Shown piece by piece: positions 49,701 through 55,002 of a DNA stretch of 64,000 nt (the first letter of the stretch is position 1; every line of letters begins with the position of its first letter). Source of the stretch: Squalus acanthias (taxonomy: Eukaryota); the NCBI GenBank assembly GCA_030390025.1, contig CM059432.1:50718001-50782000 (forward strand), in the 5' to 3' direction. The translations under genes were made by a program, and so were the position numbers. Below the pieces are notes generated by a model. The model saw only the letters and a list, made by a program, of their open reading frames with translations. It was not told the DNA's origin and searched no databases.

Positions 49701-52700
49701 CTCCCCGTGGGAGCGAGTTCCACATTCTCACCACTCTCTGGGTAAAGAAGTTTCTTCTGAATTCTCTATTTGATTTTCTAGTGACTATCTTATATTGATG
49801 GCCTCTAGTTTTGCTCTTCCCCACAAGTGGAAACACTCTCTCTGTATCTACTCTTTCATGATTTTTAAGACCTCTATTAGGTCACCCCTCAGCCTTCTCT
49901 TTTCAAGAGAAAAGAGACCCAGCCTGTTCATCCTTTCTTAATAGGTATACCCTCGCATTTCTGGTATCATCCTTGTAAATCTTCTCTGCACCCTCTCTAG
50001 TGCCTCCACATCCTTTTTAGAATATGGTGACCAGAATTGCAGACAGTACTTCAAGTGTAGTCTAACAAGGGTTTGATACAAGTTTAGCATAACTTCACTA
50101 CTTTTCAATTCTATCCCTCTAGAAATAAACCTTAGTGCTTGGTTTGCTTTTTTTATGGCCTTGTTAACCTGTGTCGATACTTTTAGTGATTTGTGTATTT
50201 GTACTCCTAGATCCCTTTGTTCCTCTACCCCATTTAGATTCTTATTTTCCAAGTAATATGTGACCTCCCTATTTTTCTTACCAAAATGTAATACCTCGTA
50301 TTTATCTGTGTTGAATTTCATTTGCCAATTATATGCCCATTCTGCAAGTTTATTAATGTCTTCTTGTAATTTGTTGCAGTCCTCCTCAGTATTGGCTTTC
50401 CCCTCCAATTTGGTGTCGTCCGCAAATTTAGAAATTGTGTTTTTGATTCCAAGGTCGAAATCATTAATATAAATCGTGAACAAGAGTGGTCCCAGCACTG
50501 ATCCTTGTGGAACACCACTTCCCACCTTCTGCCACTCTGAATAGCTACCCTTTACTCCTACTCTCTGCTTTCTGTCTTGAATTGAGAGGTCGCACAACAC
50601 CAGGTTATAGTCCAACAGTTTTATTTGAAATCACAAGCTTTCGGAGCTGTCGATCGCCCCTTCCTCAGATCGACAGCTCCGAAAGCTTGTGATTTCAAAT
50701 AAAACTGTTGGACTATAACCTGGTGTTGTGCGACCTCTCAATTTTGTCCACCCCAGTCCAACACCGGCATCTCCGCATTCTGTCTTGAAGCCAGCTAGCT
50801 ATCCATTCAGCTACTTGTCCCGACTCCGCATTACCTGACCTTATTCATTAGTCTATTATGTGGAACCTTATCGAAGGCCTTTTGAAAATCTAGAAAAATT
50901 ACTGCATTACCCTTGTCTACTCTCTGTTAGCTCTTCAAAAAATTCAATTAGGTTGGTCAAGCAAGACTTTCCCTTTTGAAATCCATGCTGACTATTTTTT
51001 ATTATATTTTTTGTTTCTAGATGTTCTTCTATTTTCTCCTTTAGTAGGGATTCCATTATTTTTCCTACCATCGATGTTAAGATGACTGGCCTATAGTTCC
51101 CAGGACATGTTCTATCTCCCTTCATAAAGATAGGTATTACGTTAGCTATCCGCCAGTCCTCTGTCACTACACCTTTTTCTAACGAATTACTAAATATGTA
51201 TAGTAATGCCTCTGCTATTTCTTCCCTAGAATCTTTTAAAATGCACGGATGTAATCCATCTGGATCAGGGGTTTTATCCTCTTTGAGTTTCATTAGTTTA
51301 TTTAGTATATCTCCTCGTTTTATTTTAAATGCAGTTAACTCATTACTAATCTCATCATCCAATGTCATCTCCACCTGTTCTATCTCCCTGGTAAATACTG
51401 AAGCAAAATAATTATTTAATATTTCTGCCATCTCTCTATTGCTGCCTGTGGTATTATCCTCTCCATCCCGACCTTTCTTTTTTTTATTGATGTGCCTGTA
51501 AATTATTTTACTATTTTGTTTGATGTTCCTTGATAATTTAATTTCATAGTTCCTCTTTGCCTTCCTAATTGTTTTTTGACTTCTCTCCTAATCCCTTCAT
51601 ATTCTCCCTTATCATGCTGCTGTCCATGTACTTAATGTATACCTCTTTCCTTACCCTCAATTTTTCCCTTATGGCTTTATTCATCCATGGTGTCTCATTA
51701 GTGTTTAGCTTGTTCTTGTTTATTAGCGGAATATATTTTTCCTGGACTCTGTTGAACATCATTTTAAATGTTTCCCATTGCTGTTCTACATCATTGTTTG
51801 ACAATACTGTTGTCTATTTTATTTTCCCCAAGTTCTATTCTCAGCCCCATAAAATCAGCTTTTCTCCAATCTATTACCCTGGTCTTTGTCATACCTATGT
51901 CCTTCTCAATTATTATCTTAAAGCGTATTATATTATGGTCTCTATTGCCTAGATGTTCCCCTACTTTTACTTCTCTTATCTGCTCTAGTTCATTCCCCAT
52001 TACTAGATCCAATAGCGAATCCTCCCTTGTTGGGCTTTTTACATATTGGATTCACACTATCCTTTCCAAGATTCACTGGCACCCCATGACCTGGCAAGTT
52101 GACTCATCTTACATGTCCTCATCCCCACCCTACCTTAGTGATCTCCTCCTGCCTTACATGCTCACATACTTCACTTCTCCAACACTGTGCTTCTCCTTGT
52201 CTCCCATTCCTCCATCAGTGCCTACTCATTCAGTCATTATGCTCTTGCACTCTGAAACACTCTGCCCAGTTTCCTCCACCTTATCACTGTCCTTCCTGTT
52301 TTCAAAACTTCAAAACTCACTTTTACCATGTTTTTAATTCCTCCCAAATCTCCTTTTTCCCTTTGAAAGTAAAATGAAAGACTTGCATTGATATAGTGAC
52401 CTCAGGATGTCCCAAAGCGCATTACAGCCAATGAAGTCCTTTTTGACGTCTAGTCACTGTTGTAATGTAGGAAAGCAAATTTGTGCACAGCAAGGTCCCA
52501 CAAGCAGCAATGTGGTAATGACCAGTGATGTCTTCCTGCAACTGAGGAGTGCTACTGAAATGTAAGTTGTTGTTTTTGCCTCACCATACAGTATTGTATT
52601 TTCTTTTTAAACTCTCCAAAATTTGCACTCAGGAAAAAAACCCTGTATTTTACGCTAATGTTTTGAAACTTTTGAAACTAAATAAATATGGAGTTATGCA

Positions 52701-54599
52701 TTTTAATCATGTATAGGAGAACAATTAAATGTAATTTATCCATCTCTATGTAAACAGTAAACCATTACTTACAATAAAAGTCAAAACACACAGAGAGGTC
52801 TCTGTACATTGCATGTACATTGTTAAGTTCTTTCGCAACCTCTGCTGGATAAAGATATGAATACTGTGAAAGAAAAAGAGAGATCATTTGCAACATTGCA
52901 TATCATTACAAGGTCAAAACATAATTTCCTCTTACTGTTTAGTTTATCATTCCTAAATTTTTGAAAATCTACAAAAACAAACCTTATATAGTATATAATG
53001 TAAAATTTCATTCCAGAGGTTTTTTTTTTAAAATGGTGCTGGGAAGTGAAGCAGGTAAGGATGCTGCTCTTTGTCTTCTGGGAGGTGATGCTGAAATAAC
53101 CCAGACTGCTGAGATAAGCTTCCTCTCCCAGCTTCAAGGATCTGTTGTGAATGATATGGATAGCCTCAACCTTATTCCTAATGCATGTCAGTCCCCAACA
53201 TAAAACTGGTCATTATTACAAATGCTATGTTTGAAGCTGTGTCACTTTTAGGAATCTATTTGGTGCCCGAGAACAGCGTGGCCTGTTCCTCCTTTGATTG
53301 GTCTGTGGCAATCATATATTGAGGATTCCATTACTTTTCCAGTAACACGACTGGGCTGTGGGAACCACAGGGCAGGAACTTGCTGGATTTATTTATTTTT
53401 TCTAAATATAGGCAGCCACTCCTAATCCTAATCCAATCTATACTGAGTAACAGGTTCCCCTTTGCCTGGCATGATTCTCCATTTTCTAACTAGCCTACCT
53501 TCCTACTCAATCGCTTCCTCCCATCAGTGGTTGCAAGTCCCAATCTCCTTTTCTCCAAGTCTTGTTGCCAAAGTGAGCTCTTGTGCCACTGCCAGCCCAG
53601 ATATACCCTTACGCTGAAGTGCTACAGCTAAGTAATAGCTTCAGAGCACAGGATCTCTTATTTTCCCTTTAGCACTGGCTGGCTGTGCCACCTCCATGGA
53701 GGTGATTTTGCCAATGGGGAGCTTTTGGAGGCGGGACTCCCACTTGTCGGGTTTCAGTCCCGCCTCCATCAACTTCTGGCCAACCCACGCCATTTTCCCT
53801 TGATTGAGCTTGTTAAGCCCGCTCAGCGGGCTTAGCAGGCCAATTAAGGGAAAGCCAGTTGCAGAAAATGTCAACGTATGACGTTTCATCTGTCAAACAT
53901 TTTTGACAGATGAATTGTCATCGTTTGACAGCTCTGTGAAGCTGTCAAACAGTGACATTCTCTGTAGTTTGATGAGGTCTTGAATTCAAGACCTCATCAA
54001 CCTTCTTTCTTTTGCAGAAATGAGATGGTTGTTGCATCTGAGAATGCAACAGCCATCTCTCATCTCTACCGCGGAGGTGCGAGACTCTCCGCATACCCAC
54101 CGACTGAAGCCTGCAGGAAGAAACAAAGGTAAGTATACTTTTTCTAACGCTGTACACTTACCTCAGATACTCACCTCTCCACACTTGCACCCATCACTCA
54201 CCTCCACAGCACACTTTTGGACCCCTCTGACCCCCGCAGACCCACTATTTGCCTCGGTGACCCTGGCAGGTTTCGGAGCCTTCAGGAAGCCCGCACTTGT
54301 GTGGGCAAAATGGAGATAAGCCTATTTTCTGCCTGTTAACAGGCAGTTAAGTGGCTTTAATCCCTTCCCGCCTCCAAGGAGATGGGACCCGGCGCGGGAC
54401 GGCTACCCACCTCCTGGCAAGATAGCATGGAGGCGGGTTGGGCACCCGCCCCCAATTTCTGTCATTTCCCCCGACAATCCCGCCTCCAAACCCGCCTCCC
54501 CAGGGCTGGCAAAATCCAGCCCCATATTTCCTTCCATAAGAGGTGCCAAAGAGCCAAGCCTTGTCCTTACCTCGGTCAATAACATCTCCACAAATTTGT
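7679..54599 (-). CDS. Multi-exon gene span (partial): UEV + Ser/Pro linker + NID/RRM-like + HOIP(RNF31)-type RBR E3 ubiquitin ligase
   Basis: About 20 minus-strand exons with AG/GT boundaries and compatible phases; translations match, by eye and from memory, TSG101 UEV, RBM43/NMI-type RRM and RNF31 RBR. The join across the linker is inferred. Confidence 0.75.
8063..10495 (+). mobile_element. CR1 LINE 3' portion (8063-8627, tail resumes 10420-10495), interrupted by an antisense CR1
   Basis: [34 protein letters not shown]; non-coding tail continues after 10420. Confidence 0.8.
8628..10419 (-). mobile_element. Young 5'-truncated CR1 LINE with uninterrupted 570-aa RT ORF2 fragment
   Basis: ORF 8705..10417 with all RT motifs, FADDTK; (ctatgtt)n tail at 8628-8640. 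Confidence 0.97.
10496..10666 (+). mobile_element. CR1 LINE 3' tail fragment
   Basis: gggaatcaagggatatgggga...ggcggagcaggctcgaagggcc...cctgctcctatttcttatgtt. Confidence 0.8.
10876..10990 (-). CDS. Exon, IBR end and linker ([38 protein letters not shown])
   Basis: tttcctcag|TGG...TTAG|gtaact; 115 nt, phase 0->1; resembles HOIP WEEQHRGRSCEDFQNWKRMNDPEYQAQGLAMYLQENG. Confidence 0.95.
11104..11193 (-). CDS. Exon, IBR ([30 protein letters not shown])
   Basis: tctttcag|TGT...CCT|gtaagt; 90 nt; resembles HOIP CSFGFIYEREQLEATCPQCHQTFCVRCKRQ. Confidence 0.95.
12091..15042. mobile_element. Harbinger/PIF DNA transposon, internally deleted (Myb/SANT gene +, DDE transposase remnant -)
   Basis: 3-bp TSD TCA; TIRs GGGCTAGAAATTC / [27 protein letters not shown] (Myb/SANT); [36 protein letters not shown] (DDE_Tnp_4 type). 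Confidence 0.92.
12266..12510 (+). mobile_element. 5'-truncated Tx1/L1-type LINE 3' end inserted in the Harbinger
   Basis: 12-bp TSD tacactcaaagg (12254-12265, 12511-12522); peptide [17 protein letters not shown]...[12 protein letters not shown] resembles the Tx1 ORF2 C-terminus. Confidence 0.7.
15155..15352 (-). mobile_element. CR1 LINE 3' tail fragment
   Basis: ggaacaggagtaggccattc...gatcatggctgatc...aaaaatctatcaatctcag, shared with the other minus-strand CR1 tails. Confidence 0.75.
15481..15579 (-). CDS. Exon, RING1-IBR linker and IBR start ([33 protein letters not shown])
   Basis: acaattag|ATT...CAT|gtaaga; 99 nt, phase 0->0; resembles HOIP LFHKKLTEGVLMRDPKFLWCAQ. Confidence 0.93.
16552..17103. 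repeat. 37-bp minisatellite, about 15 copies (cacccaaacacaYtgcaccacacKcactgacacactt)
   Basis: Read directly; lies in the first intron of the Harbinger Myb gene. Confidence 0.95.
18838..18953. mobile_element. 116-bp hAT-type MITE inserted in the Harbinger transposase
   Basis: 8-bp TSD atcatgac; TIRs caatgttcccttta / taaagggagcattg. Confidence 0.85.
20299..20481 (-). CDS. Exon, RING1 of HOIP-type RBR
   Basis: tttttgtag|ATT...CAG|gttgga; 183 nt; [31 protein letters not shown] resembles HOIP CECTICPDCFRQHFTIALKEKHITDMVCPAC. Confidence 0.95.
21620..22020 (+). mobile_element. Decayed CR1 RT fragment
   Basis: cagggttcagtactgggtccc (QGSVLGP), attaatgatctgg (INDL), tctgcaatgac remnants. Confidence 0.65.
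22361..22558 (-). CDS. Exon, HOIP-like pre-RING helical (UBA-like) segment and start of RING1 (ECPIC)
   Basis: aattcacag|CTA...AAG|gtatgg; 198 nt, phase 0->0; [11 protein letters not shown]...YLSHECPIC resembles HOIP YELGDVVEAVR...LLAQECAVC. Confidence 0.92.
22770..22933 (-). CDS. Exon, NID/RRM-like domain second part ([27 protein letters not shown]...CQTQ)
   Basis: tttattcag|TT...CAG|gtaggt; 164 nt, phase 1->0; completes the RRM-like fold (VAxxVxxxxxH...L.V). Confidence 0.88.
23767..24036 (-). CDS. Exon, NID/RRM-like domain of RBM43/NMI/IFI35/PARP14 type, first part
   Basis: ttcttgaag|GT...AAAG|gtacaa; 270 nt, phase 1->1; RRVHVLKIP...[25 protein letters not shown]...GSAVITFDD is the family signature (DKLxIxFQxxxNGGGEV). 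Confidence 0.9.
24797..24916 (-). CDS. Exon ([40 protein letters not shown])
   Basis: ttatttgatag|AT...CAAG|gtagca; 120 nt, phase 1->1; inside ORF 24627..24953. Confidence 0.72.
25108..25828. mobile_element. Non-autonomous Harbinger-type MITE (same family as 53698-54522)
   Basis: TSD CAT; TIRs gggctggatttt / aaagtcgcccc; collinear with 53698-54522. Confidence 0.85.
25846..26106. mobile_element. Penelope-like inverted pseudo-LTR hairpin with degenerate minimal hammerhead ribozyme cores
   Basis: About 130-bp imperfect inverted arms; centre CTGACGA-(stem II gtc/gac)-GAAACGTT on + and CTGATGA...GGAACGTT on -. Confidence 0.75.
26634..26792 (-). CDS. Linker exon ([16 protein letters not shown]...[10 protein letters not shown])
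   Basis: gtatttcag|AT...AAAG|gtacat; 159 nt, open only in phase 1->1. Confidence 0.7.
26867..26912 (-). CDS. Candidate linker exon ((FFL)[12 protein letters not shown])
   Basis: Donor ACTG|gtaatc; two possible acceptors (exon start 26912, phase 0, or 26902, phase 1); 74-nt intron to the next exon. Confidence 0.4.
27682..27706 (-). CDS. Candidate 25-nt linker micro-exon (RSPVELQM)
   Basis: Strong donor ATG|gtaagt; acceptor tactgttag is weak; phase 2->0. Confidence 0.3.
28948..28977 (-). CDS. Candidate 30-nt linker micro-exon
   Basis: ccctttccaacag|TTCTG...CATTA|gtaagt; open in phase 2 ([10 protein letters not shown]) and in phase 1; no homology support. Confidence 0.4.
29226..30124. mobile_element. 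Harbinger-type MITE with an internal minisatellite
   Basis: TSD GTT; TIRs ggcctggatattaac / gttacaatccagccc; inverted homologue at 48500-49110. Confidence 0.85.
29424..29712. repeat. G-rich minisatellite, about 44-45-bp unit, about 6.5 copies (ggtaggtccgattcccaaccccggggggaggtatccaatcccgg)
   Basis: Read directly; gives repetitive translations in the ORF track. Confidence 0.85.
30458..30527 (-). CDS. Candidate linker exon ([23 protein letters not shown])
   Basis: cttttacag|CC...CCAAG|gtaata; 70 nt, phase 1->2, open. Confidence 0.55.
30685..31045 (+). mobile_element. L2-type LINE 3' end
   Basis: gccttcagc...cctaagctctggaa (AFS...PKLW), cttaaaacc...ctcttt, tgtgaagcaccttggg...aggtgctatataaatgcaagttgttgtt tail. 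Confidence 0.7.
31181..34210 (-). mobile_element. CR1 LINE, near-complete ORF2 (APE + RT), frameshifted
   Basis: ORFs 33008..33925 (YRPP, GDFN, SDH), 32016..32937, 31254..31950 (FADDTK, WNSL). Confidence 0.95.
34240..34605 (+). mobile_element. Deu-domain SINE (SacSINE1/AmnSINE-like)
   Basis: B-box-like gggttcaagtccc; ttcagatgagatgttaaa...aaagatcacatggcgctatttgaag...gtcctggtcaatt core recalled for DeuSINEs. Confidence 0.7.
34828..34931 (-). CDS. Candidate linker exon ([35 protein letters not shown])
   Basis: gcttttcag|T...TGGC|gtaagt; 104 nt, open in phase 2->1, compatible with its neighbours. Confidence 0.6.
35472..36202. mobile_element. Harbinger-type MITE with an AT-rich core and internal hairpin
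   Basis: TIRs gggccggatttt / agtatctggccc; flanks att/aat; hairpin at 35687-35746. Confidence 0.7.
37396..39232. mobile_element. Harbinger-type MITE split by a CR1 insertion
   Basis: TIRs ggccgtgattttgc / gcaaaatcacggcc; flanks tat/tac; shares blocks with 25108-25828. Confidence 0.8.
37548..38517 (-). mobile_element. Young 5'-truncated CR1 LINE (near-identical to 62110-64000)
   Basis: ORF 37640..38683 from INDLDEG to EKAGTGY; same 3' UTR as the 62110 copy. Confidence 0.95.
39566..39608 (-). CDS. Candidate linker exon ([14 protein letters not shown])
   Basis: gtcttttag|CA...CCAAG|gtaagc; 43 nt, phase 1->2, open, Pro/Ser-rich. Confidence 0.55.
40723..40813 (-). CDS. Exon, UEV C-terminal helix ([30 protein letters not shown])
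   Basis: ttctttag|CCA...CAAG|gtaaag; 91 nt, phase 0->1; matches TSG101 PQSDLLGLIQVM. Confidence 0.88.
42024..42187 (-). CDS. Exon, UEV core ([55 protein letters not shown])
   Basis: atattcag|GC...TAC|gtaagc; 164 nt, phase 1->0; inside ORF 41967..42245; matches TSG101 [23 protein letters not shown]...HVDANGKIYLPYLHEWKH. Confidence 0.95.
42409..42835 (+). mobile_element. tRNA-derived SINE with a LINE-derived 3' tail
   Basis: A/B-box-like tgtggttatgtt...gagttcaaaatccc; tail gggcaattagggatgggcaataaatgctggccttgccagtga...catcccatgaatgaaaaaaa as at 2290-2386. Confidence 0.78.
43267..44139. mobile_element. Non-autonomous Harbinger element related to 12091-15042
   Basis: TSD AAA; TIRs gggggaaaaattt / gaatttctccccc; tagcgcc subterminal repeats shared with 12091-15042. 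Confidence 0.85.
44604..48144. mobile_element. Harbinger/PIF transposon, decayed (transposase + about 45140-46290; Myb-gene remnant - about 46530-47870)
   Basis: TIRs ggccagaatttt / aagattctggcc; flanks cat/cag; [33 protein letters not shown] in shifted frames. Confidence 0.9.
47040..47178 (+). mobile_element. Short CR1 3' tail inserted in the Harbinger
   Basis: gcagggctatggggaaagggcagg...ggccgaatggcctccttctgtgctgtaaccattctatg. Confidence 0.65.
48339..48404 (-). CDS. Exon, UEV domain ([22 protein letters not shown])
   Basis: ccttccag|GT...AGTG|gtaaga; 66 nt, phase 1->1; matches TSG101 RELMNLTGTIPVPYRG. Confidence 0.92.
48500..49110. mobile_element. Harbinger-type MITE (inverted relative of 29226-30124, no minisatellite expansion)
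   Basis: TSD ATA; TIRs gggccggattttaac / gttaatatccaggcc. Confidence 0.85.
49514..52050 (-). mobile_element. CR1 LINE, 5'-truncated, same subfamily as 3254-6035
   Basis: ORFs 49606..52012; RT motifs; same 3' UTR. Confidence 0.95.
50582..50777. mobile_element. Penelope-like insertion: perfect 75-bp inverted repeat with a hammerhead core
   Basis: 12-bp TSD ttctgtcttgaa; arms 50581-50655 and 50668-50742; minus strand CTGAGGA-A-GGGGC..GCTCC-GAAAGCTT. Confidence 0.8.
52372..52525 (-). mobile_element. Deu-type SINE 3' fragment
   Basis: Reverse complement matches the 3' half of 34240-34605 (cattgctg..tgtgggacc..gctgtgcacaaat...gctttgggacatcctgag). Confidence 0.6.
52773..52863 (-). CDS. Exon, UEV domain ([30 protein letters not shown])
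   Basis: ctttcacag|TAT...TATT|gtaagt; 91 nt, phase 0->1; resembles TSG101 YKYRDLTVRETVNVITLYKDLKPVLDSY. Confidence 0.88.
53698..54522. mobile_element. Harbinger-type MITE (family of 25108-25828)
   Basis: TSD CAT; TIRs ggaggtgattttgcc / ggcaaaatccagccc. Confidence 0.85.
54571..54599 (-). CDS. Exon, UEV N-terminal helix ((D)KFVEMLLTE)
   Basis: tattttcag|ACAAA...GAG|gtaagg; 29 nt, phase 1->0, joins the next exon in frame; positioned like TSG101 ...LKKMVSK|. Confidence 0.6.
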
Positions 54600-54621
54600 C
54601 TGAAAATATAGGTGTAGAGCA

Positions 54622-54815
54622 TGGTCCCACAAAGAGCAATGACTTATGACCAGGTAACCTGTTTTAGTGATGTTGGTTGAGGGATAAATACCAGTCAGGA
54701 CATCAGAACTTTCCTGCTCTTCTTTGAGATGTGCCATGGATTCTTTTATGTCCACCTTAGATGCAGAAGGAGCCTTGGTTTAACATCATAACTGAAATAT
54801 GGCACCACTGACACT
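54622..54815 (-). mobile_element. Deu-type SINE core fragment just upstream of the 54571-54599 exon
   Basis: Reverse complement gatgttaaaccaaggc...aaagaatccatggcac...tttatccctcaacc matches the Deu core. Confidence 0.6.
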
Positions 54816-55002
54816 ATCAGCAGGGATACTTTGAAAGCAGCTCCGATAACTATTAGTCAAGTGGTGTAGAAATAAGCAATTTTAAGTTCACAATTGGTAT
54901 TTAGTTCAAAATGGTATTTAGAAGACCGTTCTCAAAAAGTTAACAGCTCCAAGAGTGCAGTATACACCACTCCTCACTGTAACCCCAGATCCCATTGCAG
55001 TA

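Noticed and set aside
40723..54599. Calling the UEV exons TSG101 or UEVLD proper
   Set aside because: Too divergent for these conserved genes, and no coiled-coil/SB or LDH-like exons were found downstream.
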